A DNA stretch of 61,775 nucleotides, the filler included, from Sphacelaria rigidula (lineage: Eukaryota), in the NCBI GenBank assembly GCA_964200075.2. It is 10 parts of 10 records of this genome, joined end to end, with 100 filler letters (N's around TTAATTAATTAA, not from the genome) between each part and the next. Parts side by side here need not be neighbours in the genome. Positions count along the whole stretch, not along the records: positions 12,377 to 18,464 come from CAXNAA020022320.1; positions 18,565 to 24,652 come from CAXNAA020022321.1; positions 24,753 to 30,840 come from CAXNAA020022322.1; 7 more parts are not named here. One strand, written 5' to 3'. Of the stretch, positions 12,871-26,029 are shown piece by piece. The notes under the pieces were generated by a model that was not told where the DNA came from, did no database searches, and was given only the letters and a program-made list of their open reading frames with translations. The translations under genes were made by a program, and so were the position numbers. How positions within the stretch are numbered: position 1 is the stretch's first letter; every line of letters starts with the position of its first letter.

Positions 12871-13626
12871 CTCCCGCAGAATTTACTCTGGGATCAGTGA
12901 TTTATTTCCCTAGCCGTTTGCTTCTCTTTTGTGCCAGTGAGCTGCTCACCAGAATCTCACGTTTCCCTACTCGGAATCCACGCGACCTGTTTCCGCGGCA
13001 CTCTTTATTCACTCTCCTTTGAATTTGAAGCACGGAATCTAACACGAGCCAACAGCCAAGCCTATTTCTCCGGCACCAGTGACTTACTCTTCACCCGCCA
13101 ATCGAACGGAACCTGTCACTCCGATGCCAATGACGTTCCCAGTCGTTCGGCCCACCTTTCGCGCCAGTGACGTTCTGAACAGAATATCACATTCCCGAAA
13201 CGTGTGTCACTACTGGGGTATGTTCTGCAGTAATATCATGGCCGTTCACTGCATGTACCAGTCATTTCTCTCGAAGTGAATGTCCCAATCAAGGTACGCT
13301 TGAGGCACCTGACGGGGAAAACTCTGGTTTGTGGGAACCACGACACGTAGAACAATGCCCAAAGTATGCGGAGAGGGATAATTCAATCCTTCATCACCTA
13401 AAAATTTCAAAATTGAAAAATAATCAAACCAAGTTGCAGGAGTAGATGTGGAGTATGGCTCTATTGACGTAAAACGTGCGGCCAAAACACCCCCTGCTTC
13501 AAATAGAGTACACTCTACGCAGCAGTCGATTTTTCGCCACCTTAGACATCTTAGATCTTCTCCTTCGGTACGAATGTTTATGAGATCAGTGCGGTCCGTT
13601 TCAAATGAAAAAAAGAGAAGAAAAAG

Positions 13627-14260
13627 ATAATGCGGGGATGGAAATCGTCTATCCTCCGGTTTTCGAAACAAATTTCGCCATTAAGTCGGTATTTGGCAAC
13701 GCCGTACTCAACGAAAACTTGTTTTGTTTTTCTTCTTCAACCCATTCAAATACGTTTGGATAGTAATCTCTCAAAGTTTGGTGTCCATCCGTCACGATTA
13801 AGGTACTTTACGACGCACGTTGAGTGATGCTCCCTAATCCCTCATTTTTCACTAGAAATCGATAATGACTACGAAAATGGAACACCTGCGACATTTCAGA
13901 CCTTCTGTTTTGGTACAAATGCGTATGAGACTAGTAGGATCCGCCTTGAAAAAATTAATCATAATGCGGGGATGAAAATGGCTCATTCCCTAGTTTTCGG
14001 AACAAATTTGGCCATTGTGTCTGTGGTTGGCAACGCCGTACTCGACGAGAACGCTTTTTTCTTCTTCTCCTTCATTAACCCATCGAAATACGTTTTGACG
14101 GTAATATCCCAAAATCTGGTGTTCATGCGTTACGATTAAGGTACCATGACGCACGTTGAGTGATGCCCCCTAATCACCATAAATTGACAATGACTACGGA
14201 AACGGAACACCTGGAGGTAGGGCGTTCCAGATATTTTCGTTTGGCACAAACCTTTATGCA
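13627..14260. repeat. Diverged tandem duplication, period about 334 bp
   Basis: Units start ATAATGCGGGGATG at 13627 and 13961 and share GGCAACGCCGTACTC and GACGCACGTTGAGTGATGC. Confidence 0.8.
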
Positions 14261-14999
14261 TCGCAATGCATCACACAATGCATCGCAATGCATCACAATG
14301 CATCACTTCCCGGCACCAATAAGAGGAAATGGTCAATTCGGGGATTAAATTGGCCTGTCCCCGGCTTTTCGGGACAAAATTGAGCGTTCTTCTCCCTGTT
14401 CGGCAACGCCGAAGTCGACGAACACGGTCGTAAAGCTCTATGCTTTCTGTTTGTTTTGAGCTACTCAACCAAGGGGAATTAGTTTCGACATACTTCTCGC
14501 AAAAGTTGTTTTTCGACGGATGTGACCGAGTTGCAATGAAACGCGTTTCCTGCCCCCCCCGCCCCCCCTTCCCCCCCCCCCCCTCCCCTGTCCCTCCCCC
14601 CTACACAAAATTGTTTCACCAAAATCGACCATGACTGCGAGAACGGCAGGCGCAGCTCGCAGACAGCAGCGAACACGAAACAGAGCAAACCAAGCAGCGA
14701 AAACTTCGCGGAATCTTTCTCGGCGATGGCCTTCCTCGCCCTGGTTCCTTGCGGAGTAACACCTACGGCGAAGATATCCACGAGTGGCGGGTGCAGGGAG
14801 GGGGGGGAGGGGGGGGAGGGCACGGTACAGAGTAGTGCGTCGAGTATCGGGTGGTCCGCACAATACTGGCACCACCTCTAACCGCGGTACTTGCAACAAC
14901 TCTGCAGACAGTAAAGGCAGTACCTCTATACTCGTGAAGAGTAAGTGCAAGCAACAGAACACGCCAAGACAGCAATGAGCAGGTAAACGCCAAGAGCTT

Positions 15000-15668
15000 T
15001 GTCGGCCAAGAATGCGGCGAGAACAATACCGTTTCAAACGCAGCATGGCTGAGAGCAGACAAATACCAAGCCACAGCAACAGCCTCTGGCTGTAGCTCCA
15101 GACACATGCGTCGTACCATATAAACGGAACGGCTCTTGACAGACTGTGAAGCACCTGTCTCGTCAGTGTTCCATCTGCGGTCGGTTGCTGGCTTCTCCTT
15201 GTGCACGTAGTCCTCACAGGCCGCATAAAACTCCGGCATGCGATCTTCTCCGTCGGCCACTCTACCCTGTCGGCCTTGTAAATGCGGTTACTGCGCTCAC
15301 CTAGCCACGGGTGCCTCCGAAGGAATAAGTCGAGCCATTTTCGACCTGAGCCTACTGTCTGGTCCTATGGCACTAGTCGGTTGTCGCTACAGAGTACCAT
15401 AACCGCCTATTTCAGGCCATCTTTAGTCAGGCCTGTTGACGAGCTGCGGGAAATTTCAGCGTATCTTCGATGTAATTTTCTTCCTCCGTCGACAGTACAG
15501 TACCCAGGCCAACCCTGCCAGCTATGCCCACGCTACCACTGACACGCTTCTGTAGCGAACCAACGGAGATGTCAAGGGTCTTTGCAGCAGCGTGGAAGGT
15601 CATGCGACCGCTGCGTACTGTTTCTATGGCCGCTGCTGCACGTTCTGGGTCCACCCTTGTTCTCTGCA
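15000..15668 (-). pseudogene. Degenerate pogo/Fot1-like (Tc1-mariner superfamily) transposase
   Basis: Minus-strand fragments in order: psq-type HTH (AAAIETVRSGRMTFHAAAKTLDISVGSLQKRVSG…VLSTEEE), CENP-B-like GRKWLDLFLRRHP, and the first catalytic motif WNTDETG at about 15155-15173; broken by stops and frameshifts. Confidence 0.75.
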
Positions 15669-15993
15669 TGCTTAGCAGTCGATCGACCAGAATGCTTTTT
15701 TTGGAGAAAGACACACACGCGCCTATTTGCAGTGCTGTGTGATGGTCTTTTCTGACGTAAACGGCATTTGCAGTAGCTCAAAAGGAGCGCCGCGCTCTTG
15801 TGCACACGCAGCAAAAACCAGGATGGAAAACAATCAATATTTCGCGGAGTTATGGATGATTAACAAAAATGGCCCCTTAATTGGTACTGTTCCGTAATAG
15901 GGCCGTTTGTTCTATACGTTGGGCGGGCCAAACTGTTTTCCTGATAATTTTTCGCTTCTCGACTTTTTTATATTCGGATTGCCGTGGTCGGCG

Positions 15994-17240
15994 AAAGTGC
16001 GCCACGCCGTGCACATTGACAATGATTTCTTCTGCAAATCATTTCAGTCGCCTATCTGCTGCGCCGCTGTGTATGGCTGTATATGACTCAGGATGAACAT
16101 CCGTCGCGGTCAAACGGTTGACCCTTTGGCGGCGAGCGTAGTTCATCTGTTGAATCGACATCAATCCCGCCTGAAAGAAGTATGCATGATCCAGATGGAC
16201 TACCCTCGCAGCCAAACGGTCAACCTCGTGACCGCGAGCGTACGCGATCTATTGAATCGGCGCCATTCAACTTAACTTTTAGGTGTAAATGGTGCCAGTT
16301 CAATATTGATGGCCTACCCTCGCCATCAAAGGGTTCTTGGCTTTTTCATAGTCAGATAGCCGTGGTTGGCGGAGGTGCGCGATGCCAGGCACATTTACAA
16401 TGATTTCTTCTGCACATCATTTCAGTCGACTATCTGCTGTGCCGCTGTGTGTAGCCGTATATGACCCAGGATGAACATCCATCCCTGTCAAACCGTTAAC
16501 CCTTTGGCGGCGACAGTAGGCCATTCGTTGAATCGAAATCAACTCCACCTGAAAGAAATATGCATGATCCAGATGGATTACCCTCGCAGTCAAACGGTCA
16601 ACCTCTTGACCGCGAGCGTACGCGATCTATTGAATCGGCGCCATTCATCTCAACTTTCAGGTATAAATGACGCCGATCCAATAGACGGCCTACCCTCGCG
16701 ATAACCCCTTGATCGCCATGGTAGACCATAATGGACCATGGACGATTCGACAGATGACCCATATACGATGGCGGTCAAAGGGTGAGATTATTTCGTATCA
16801 ACAGGACACATGCATCAGCAAAATATATACATCCATATATATCTGAGCGCACCGAGCAACCCTTAGTTGTTGTGCTCTCGGGGACAGGCAGGAGTCGTAC
16901 AGTAAGATGAAGGAAGAACCGTAGAGTACTACAGCACACACGGAGCTGCAAGCCGTGTAGTGGTGTGTACCTATTTTCAAACATCCAACTGCCAGAGAAT
17001 GAAATCCGGCGCGTTGAATTAAATACGTAAACCACCAGTCGTTTTCTGCGTCACGAAGGGCAAAATCTCAAAATACCCCGACGCAGCTATGACTTGGTGT
17101 CGAACACACGGGGGCATACCGTTCGATATACGAGGAGTTCAGCCATGAGCCATAGCTTAAACAGAATAGCGTCACCTTTTGATCGCGAGAGTAGATCATC
17201 TGGCTATCGCAACATGTTCGCGAGATTGAGAACGGATTTG
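15994..17240 (+). mobile_element. Non-autonomous element with about 100-bp subrepeats; homologue at 52875-53747
   Basis: Colinear similarity over about 870 bp to contig 9. This copy has an internal duplication of about 378 bp (GGATGAACATCC at 16091 and 16469). Confidence 0.75.
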
Positions 17241-19285
17241 TTTTTGGAGCGGGAGAGTTTTGCTGTTCACACCAAGGCGGTCTAATCGTCCGAATACGCT
17301 GTCATCCCCCTGAAAGCCCATGATCTGACGGGAATCCAGCCTAATCAGATTCAATCAGTGACGCCTTCCATGAGATACGGCTGGCGGGTTGAATTTTTTT
17401 GTTTTCTTCATTTGGATACATTTTTCCTTATAACTCTGTACTGACCTCTTCTTGGTGTAAATAAAAAAAAACTTCCATTCCGGAAAATCCCAATCCCACG
17501 AACATGTTTGCACCATGTAGTTATCTTTCATGTTAAAACAATACTGTTTAGACGGGTGATCTATCTATGCTTGCGGCCAAACGTTTAATATGGGCAACAG
17601 GTATTGTAGGTCGATTTACTCTTACTCTTCGTGACAATAATTGGCGTGAACTTTCCTGTGAAGGTGGAGCGCATGCTTGGCGGAAATTCTACTCGGTGGT
17701 GTTCGCTTCTGTCTCGGTTGTTTTGACCTTTCGTTCAGGTGGTGGGCGCTGTTGCCGGATGTGCATCGCGTTTTGGCTCTGAAGAAACGCTCACGATACG
17801 AGAACTACTAACTGTATCGGCATGTAGATGATGTGCGGCATAAACGGGTCACAAAATCGTCACGCGAAGTTCAAATGAAATTTCATCAAGGATATGAACA
17901 CAATTTCTTCAAAAATGCGTAGGTAGTACGAATAAATATTTTGTTGGGGCGATTAAGCGCCAATTTTTCCCGCGGTACAGTAGTAGTAGTAGTTCGAGGC
18001 TTTGCGGATTGTGATGCCTCGAAAAGTCTTGCTGTACTTTCCCGAGAGGATTCCAGCGCCCTTTCCGACCTTTTCGTACGTCCACCATGACTTTTAGCCG
18101 GACGAACAATTTCTCAGAACAGTGAACAGTCCACAAAAACCTCCGGAGTCTCTCCCCGAGGACTTGTTTGGGTCACCTGAGAAGCCGCTTTTGTGGACTG
18201 CTCGACAAGTTCTTCATCCGACCAAAAGCCAAACTAGGCGCACGAAAGGTCGAAAACGTGGGCTGGAATCCTCCCAGAGAGTACAGCAGCACGTCTTGAC
18301 GAGGTGACATAATCCGCCAAACAATGCATGCCGCGAAAATCGGCACTGAATCATTAAAAAAGGCTTTTTGCAGAGATTGTTCAGATACCAATTAACAGCC
18401 GTTTTTAAATTTTGGGGTTCATACAAAATATGGGGCTGAAGTGGCATATTTCTTTTGCACGGAANNNNNNNNNNNNNNNNNNNNNNNNNNNNNNNNNNNN
18501 NNNNNNNNTTAATTAATTAANNNNNNNNNNNNNNNNNNNNNNNNNNNNNNNNNNNNNNNNNNNNCTGTTCCCATAACATGGGTGTCACACGAATTTTGAA
18601 GATCCGGGGCCGAAGATCTGTTGCCATAACATCCGGCCTAAGGGTCGGAACGTGGGGCTGGGTATTCGCGGGACCCCCGAAAACCTGTCAGCCCGCAAGC
18701 CGTTCAATTTTGAGTGCAGACATGAATTTTTTTTCGGAATGTGGAGGGGATAAGGAGTATCTCTCGATCCCCAAACTTTGGGATCACACGTTCACTGGGA
18801 TGAGTGGTGGCATGCGAAAAAATATTGAAAATCCCCGACTAGGAAAAAACTCCCAAATCCCCTGTGAGTTCAGCTGCAAACTACCGTACTTTTTGAAAAA
18901 ATATTTCCCTTTTTTGTTTTTGTCCGGCCAAGAAAATTATATTTGTTTTTTATTTTGATAATTTTAATTATTCTCAGTCCATCAGCTTCATATATATTTT
19001 ACGCCAGTTCTCGGTATGTACGAACTATCGTTGCGCGATATTGATCGATTTCCTGCCGCTCCATTTCTCATATGTTCCATATTTTGATCTCAATCTCTCA
19101 CGGCAAATTTCTTCTTTCGAAAATATGAGAATCATCTTCTCATCAGCGGGCCGACACTGTATATGGCATCATGACCGCCATGGACAGCTGAAGAGGGTCA
19201 CATGGCCAAATTTTTGTTTGATACCATAGCGATGGCGTTAAGGGCAAAAAAGTGTAGAATGCCTCGAAGTAAAAATAGAACAAAT

Positions 19286-19620
19286 AACAGCCGATCATCG
19301 AAATTGAGGAAGTTTATAATTGAGGATAAGAATCCGGATGATTAAAATCTGATCATTTACACCAGATCTTCGAAATATAGTTCCCTTCCCTCATCTACTG
19401 GTACCATTTGACAACTGTAACAAGTCCTACAAATTGTGATGTCGAATACCGAAATGTTGGGGTCCTATGATGAAATCCTTTTGGGGACATTATGTGATCC
19501 GATCATATCGCTAACATTCCACGAAATTAGTCGTTCACCTAAGACCCCAACATTTCGGTTACCGAAATCCAAGTTTGCATGACGTGTAATAATTATCCTC
19601 AATTTGGAGGATCGGTTGTT
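19286..19620. mobile_element. Foldback/MITE family copy (right arm internally deleted)
   Basis: Termini AACAGCCGATCATCGAAATT…AATTTGGAGGATCGGTTGTT; homologous to 37475-37920. Confidence 0.75.
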
Positions 19621-22600
19621 AAACGTAGGCGTCCCGGAAGTCTGAAGAGCAGTTACACTAGAGTTAAATTGCACGACTCGGGAAACGAATGACGGGGGAT
19701 CATCTTCGTTGGACGTACCCGAAAAATCGGTTTCGATGCTAAGAATAAGATCAGGTAGTCGGGAGCTTGTGCCTTTCAAGCTCACATCATCGCGAAAAAA
19801 AGTGCGCATGTTCACAGTGTTGAGTGTGATTCGGAAAAATTACACATACTGTATGACGATAGGTCCTTCAGACACCTTCGATGGAAGAACGTGTTCCTGC
19901 CCTTTTTTCCCACGAAGTATCTCCCGGAAGGGCATGTGATCTGCCAGGATCCTGGGAACTCCGATGACTGGTTAGGGGAAAAAAATCGTTCATTACGAGC
20001 TTCGTGATGACCCGTACATCGTGTTCATTTTTTTCATGGTCGAAGTTGACTCCGCACCTTTGCGTCAGTTTCCGCGGATGAATGCATCCGGGGTGATCTT
20101 CACACCATGTTTTGGACGCTGTCTTCGCGCCACTCTTGGTCCTTTATGGTTACACGGTTCTTTCAATTATTGATCAATGAAAATGCACACACCTCCTCTT
20201 GTCTGTCGGAAACAAAAAAAACACACATTTGCTTCCTAGATTCAAAGCCAAACCAGGTACCACTCATCACCACGGCCATGTCTGTTTTCTTCCATCACCC
20301 CATCTTTCATGCATACAAAATTTATTGTTCGATTGTTTTCCCGGATCGTTCAACAGTGAGCATCATCCATCGCGCTCCCTCCGTCTCCAACTCATATTTG
20401 TCACCACTATGTCGAGTCAACGAACCCCGTAGTACATGATACGCGACCCCATAACGACCAACATCACAACAGTAATATCGACACACAGCCTACAACCAGC
20501 ATACATGCGTTGCAATGCACTCGGTACCATGGCACTCGATGACCTCCTGCATAGCAAGCCATCTATAATGGCCTACCCAAACTGAAGCCTTACGCCGTCA
20601 AATGCCCTCCCTTGAAAGCTCACCCCCCCCATTCCATATTAAAACAAGTGAAAAACTCGTTTGAAACACCGCAGTTTTCGACTTCACTCGGGCACTATAT
20701 ATAATTGGCTAGAAGCCAATGCGCATAACATATTACATGTGGCTCTCCCCTTTTTCAAGGACACCTTCGAAAGTATACTGCTGTAGCCCTGTTGCTGCCG
20801 CTTACACCACCAGCATGACATCCACGAACAAAGGTGAGAAACGAATACCAAACAGCCTCGCTTAGGAAAGCCTTCTTGATCCCACTGTGCTCATTGTCTA
20901 GCACTTTCACGTCTCGCGAATTACCAGAAGATCTTGAAAATTCATTCCTTCGAATCGCAACATACAACACCTGAAAATATTCATAGCACCGATGCGAGCA
21001 ACAGCGAAGTTTTCGAAACAGTCCAGGTTCACGATCAACACTTGAAGACTACTGTAACCTGGTTGAGAAATATACGGGTTTCCCGAAATGTCGAAGTGCA
21101 CATATCATGTACAATCATATATAGACCTGCCTCTTTCAACCCCATTCCGTTCTACTTGGGAAAATACAAGACAAAAAACTAGGGAAAAGTTGGAAAAAGT
21201 AAAACCCGACAAGGGTACACCTCACCATACACACATGACAAAGGTACGATTGCTGAAATACAAACCCCGGAGAGCTGTCATCAAGAGCTTGAAAATACTA
21301 GACTTCTCTAGAACGGCGTCGTTTTCATACAGTCCGTCAGATGGCCCCTCCCCTCATCTTAGCCTACAAACCGCGTCACACGTACCGTTGACTACAGCGG
21401 GTATCACCCCTCAATAACGCATATTCTTCGCTCCACTACGGAAAAACGGCTTTATTCAGCCAATCATTCACTCGCACAAAGCCCCACATCCACCTAGCCT
21501 ACATACAGCACAACGTACCGTTAGATTACGGTGGATATCACCCCTGAAGAGCAATCTTACGACTTTCCAGCGGAAGACATGCGCAAGACGACTCGCGCCG
21601 TTCCAAGGAAATTTGTTCACTGTCAGCACCGTACCGAGGAAACATTTTCCAAACTAACAACAAACACGCTTTGGCGTCTATTGGCGCCGTAGCCATAGGA
21701 GACGGAAAACAAACTTGGACCCAAAATTGCCATAACGGGGAGGTCGTAGTAGATATTTTTAAGTTGATTTTGTCGACAAGACACGTGTCGGTGTCACCCA
21801 TCAAAGCAAGTACATACACGAAAAAATGGGCTGAAATTCGCTGACACCGGGGAATGGTATGTATATCGTAAAGCATAACCGTGTTAACATATTTTAAAAA
21901 ATTGTCACGTACCAGGAATCACTTGAAATCAAAACGGAAGCACATACTCACAGAAACAAGGGCAGCACAAAAAAACATAACAAGGATCCTTTTTTCTTCT
22001 GTTGGTTCTTTCGAGATGACCGGTCAGCACCACTCGACCCAAGGGTGTGTGCATTCATGTCCCCGATCACAACTAGATTAAAAGGATACATCCCCCAGCT
22101 AGGCCTAGCTCCGCGAGTAAATTTGATTGGCCTTCACCGCTCACAGTCCCCACAGGTCAATGTCTCCTGCCAAAGTCGACAGCAGGCAGCAGGCAGCAGG
22201 CACAAGCACAAGACATCATGGACATTACCAAGCAGCACAAGGGTGAGGGACAGAGGCAGTAGTAGCCTGGACAGTGGCTTCATAGTAGGGGTGCACAATT
22301 TGTTTCGAACATCTGGGTCGTACTGTGCAGCCTGAGAAAAATATTGGGACTAAAAAGCGCCCCTGTACCGTAGAATCGTTTGAGAGTCTCAGCACACATG
22401 TAATGACGAGTCACGCACTACTAAACCGGGATTTGTTTCGTCGGTAGTACAAGGGCGGGGTTGTTGCGGGGTCAAGGGTATGGAAGGTAGTACAGAACGG
22501 GTCCCGCCACCGCACGGTCCTCTCATACGCACAGGGCCGGGAAGTGCGGTAAAAACCACTCGCCACACACACCAAGTCCGATCTGCCATACACGTACTTG

Positions 22601-22735
22601 CACCAAGATGAGAAGAAATAGGGGTCCTCACAGTGCAATCACACCTGGCTGGAAACCCCATCGTATAATATTATACCCCCCGCAAATTTTCGCAACATAC
22701 GTTCAACGTATTTTGTAAAAATGTGAATCCAAATG

Positions 22736-23643
22736 TCACTCACGTCGCTCTTCCTCGGTCATCCTTTGACAGCACATAGCCGAGCTGCACAGCACCTCAC
22801 CCCCACTCGACGAATGTGAACGTTCGCTCTGGGACCCTTGCAGCCCCGATGTGAGCACCTTCGCCGCTACCGACCACTCGCCCATCTCCTCATCTTCCAC
22901 GTCCGCAAGCCGATCGCTAAACACCCACTCAGCTTCATCTTCCGCTATCACCACTTGAGTGTCATCCGAAGATCCGTCCCCAGAGTCGCGGCCCCACCAA
23001 TCTTCATCGAAAAGTGTCAAGCCGGAGGCCAAAGCTCCCCTGCCGCGGCAACCCCGCATTTCCGCGTCGTCCACGAGGAAGTGACCGGGGGGGCACCGGT
23101 ACGTAGAACAGTTCTCGAACGGGATGTCGATCTCGTCGGAGGATTCGGAGGATTCGGCCGTCGATTCGTGCGCAGCGTCATCGACCTCATCTTCCTCTAA
23201 GGAGATGATATCGGCGTCGGCAATGGCGGCCATCATACAGCACTGTTCCTCATCGCATAGCCCATCGACGCACTCGGTTATGTCGACATCGGAGTGAAAA
23301 ACGTAACCTTCTGCGCAGATATAGTCGGAGCACATGGTCGGCGGGGGGAGTTCGACAGTTTCCTCGCAGCATTGCTGAGCGTCGCAGTTGCCGTCGAGGC
23401 ACTCCGTCGTGTCTGCGTCCGAGTGAAGCTCGTAGCCATTCGGGCAGGTGTACTCGTAGCACATGACTGCTGCGGCGAAGGGGCTCGCGGCGCGAGGGGT
23501 AAGGGGTCGGTTGGGGTCGGTGGTGGCCGGTCTCATGCAGCACTGCTGTTCGTCGCACACGCCTTCGAAACATTCGGTGGTCTCGACGTCGAGGTGTTGG
23601 ACGAGGCCTTCCGGGCAGGTGTAGCTCGAGCACATGGTCGCCA
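22736..23643 (-). CDS. Terminal exon of an acidic Cys-rich repeat protein (probably extracellular)
   Basis: About 300-codon GC-rich frame with three full C-x4-C-x14-C-x4-C-x4-CC repeats and a fourth split repeat. Preceded by a pyrimidine tract and TGCAG acceptor (AG at 23644-23645); ends in TGA. Confidence 0.8.
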
Positions 23644-24041
23644 CTGCACAAGGGACGATGTGAAAGAAGAGGATGTTTATATTTTTTCGTCACCGTTTCT
23701 GCATACTGTTTGCATTTTGGTTGGCAGGGGGGAGGGGGGGGGGGACTGGTAATACGAGTGATCCAAAGCAAGCTTCCAAAACGCGATAAAAATCTGCTCG
23801 AGTCTCATCTGTACTGTGCATGTAGTCTTCTACTTCGGGGGGGAAATAACACCGCATATTACGCACCCCTTCCGTCAGATTTCCCAGGTAGGATTCCGCG
23901 ATCAGAGAGGCATAATTCACCACGATCGAGACGGAGAAGAGGCGGAGGCGGGACAACTGAATCCATTCTCGTTTGGGGTCGTTTCGGAGGTTTCAGTGTT
24001 CCGGGGTTTTGCGGCGAGTGCTGGAAAACATCGGGGGCAGA

Positions 24042-24652
24042 GGGGGGTGTGCTCATGATCGTGCATGCCGTAGTCATCAGACCATAGACCTCGCATCCCT
24101 GAAAAGCCGGGACGGAGCACGCCGGGTTTACGCCGGACCAGGCTCACACTCAACCCACCAAGCGCGAAGCGCCGTGGTGTGCTTGGCGAGTCGCATGAAG
24201 GGAGAGCTGCATCGTGCTAAGATTGTTGGGCCCGATGGCTACTGGTAATCTTGCATTTGGGTGACAGCCTACAATTAGTTGCTTTATTATCTGGTATCGC
24301 CACTTCCAGAGACAAGCATGGCTTATACACTGCCTCATGGGTGCCTCACTATTAAAACACTATGTAGCACGATCATCTCCACTGTGCGGAGTTGAGGTTC
24401 TCACACGCCGCACATGATCTAGCTCGACTACCATCATGGGTACCGCAAAAAAAAAACGCAAGTGCGCAAAACAATTGGTAACCTGGCTGCTCATCTTACG
24501 CAGTGAGACGTGTTTAATAATAGCGTCATCGCCAACCGGGACGGAGCACGCCGGGTTCTCGCCGGACCAGGCTGAGGGGAGGGGGGGGGGGCATACTCGT
24601 TTGTTGCTTGCCCTAGTCGTTCGACTACTCGTATCAATCACGCCTTCCTATC
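24042..24652 (-). mobile_element. Two adjacent LINE-tail copies (long type 24042-24573, short type about 24575-24652)
   Basis: Each begins at a G-run on the plus strand; the long copy is the reverse complement of 26214-27075. Confidence 0.8.
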
Positions 24653-24752
24653 NNNNNNNNNNNNNNNNNNNNNNNNNNNNNNNNNNNNNNNNNNNNTTAA
24701 TTAATTAANNNNNNNNNNNNNNNNNNNNNNNNNNNNNNNNNNNNNNNNNNNN

Positions 24753-24806
24753 TATATATATTTATATATATTTATATGTATATTTATATATATATATATA
24801 TATATA
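24753..24806. repeat. (TA)n microsatellite at contig start
   Basis: Directly visible. Confidence 0.9.
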
Positions 24807-26029
24807 TCGGCCGCAAAACATGGTCGCGGGAGAGGCGACCCGATATTTATGCCTTGTGATACCCATCTGGCCACCGGTGCGGGGCCGCCCATCCCCTTCA
24901 CCGTATGTACTATATCACGGCTACACAATACGACGACAGGAAACGCGGGTCGACATGCGCGTTTTGGTACCCCTCTGGTCACCGGTGCTGTGTTGCTTAT
25001 ACCCTGGACAAAACAAAATGTTCCAATATCATACCGATATTTTATATCCGAGACAGCGCAAATATTGTCCTTCAATATACATTATGTTGGGATGTCCACG
25101 GAGACATTGAAGCAACACTATATATTTCTCGTGCCATAATCGTGAAGTATTGCATGGCGATATATATTGGACATGCCTTTGCTTCGGAAACAAAACGTTC
25201 AGTATATATTGTACATGCCGGCCGTGTATGTATTGAAATGTCAATACATATTGAGTCGAAGCGTTGCGTAACATATTGTTACCATAATAAATATTGAACA
25301 CAAACCGTGCAAAAGTATTGTCTTTCCAATATAGTTTGCGCGCACTCATCGCATAGCTCTTGCGCAGCCGATATACATTGAACACGCTCCGGAGAATATA
25401 TTGAGCGTTTTCGACAAGTGGTGATACATCTTTCAATGACGCCCGCGGACATGAAACTGTCCACTGCACTTCTTCCAATACACTTTCCAATCTACATGTT
25501 GAATCACCAATGTAAATATTGCTACACCACTATGTATTTTGACCGTCGGTTCCCGCGTGTACTGTCCGCCCAACATATATTGGACGCATTGACGCCCGAT
25601 ATATGGCGGGGGCAATACATATTGGCGCTTCGCGTGTTGAATATATTGAATCGTCAATATATATATATTGATCTCGTGTGGCAGCCAATACATTACTCGA
25701 CAACTCTCTCTCTCTCTCTATATATATATTGGTGCCTTACCGCACCAACATGTTACTCGGCCACTATATATTGAGGTGGCGCGTGTTGTGATATATTGCT
25801 CGGTCGATATATACATGGCATATTGCGAGCCTTGACATATTGATGGCACAATATATACATGTATATATTGATTTGTCTCTCGTGCCATCATATTGCTCAC
25901 CCAATATATATTGACCACCCGACGCGTCGACATATTGAGCAGGCAATATATATTTCATGTTGTATTTATACCGCAACGGGGACGTCGGGTGCTCGATCCC
26001 CACGTACAGTTAATCCAGTGGTTTGTTTG

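Noticed and set aside
14465..15226. 253-aa minus-strand ORF
   Set aside because: Out-of-frame read-through of transposase remnant and G/C tracts; no coherent protein.
16090..16705. CRISPR-like array of palindromic repeats (also 41950-42190 and 44956-45161)
   Set aside because: Sequences between palindromes are homologous rather than unique spacers; eukaryotic context; no cas genes.
23690..23956. Possible upstream exon of the Cys-rich gene
   Set aside because: The donor I could find is weak and phase-incompatible with the 23643 acceptor; no recognisable motif.
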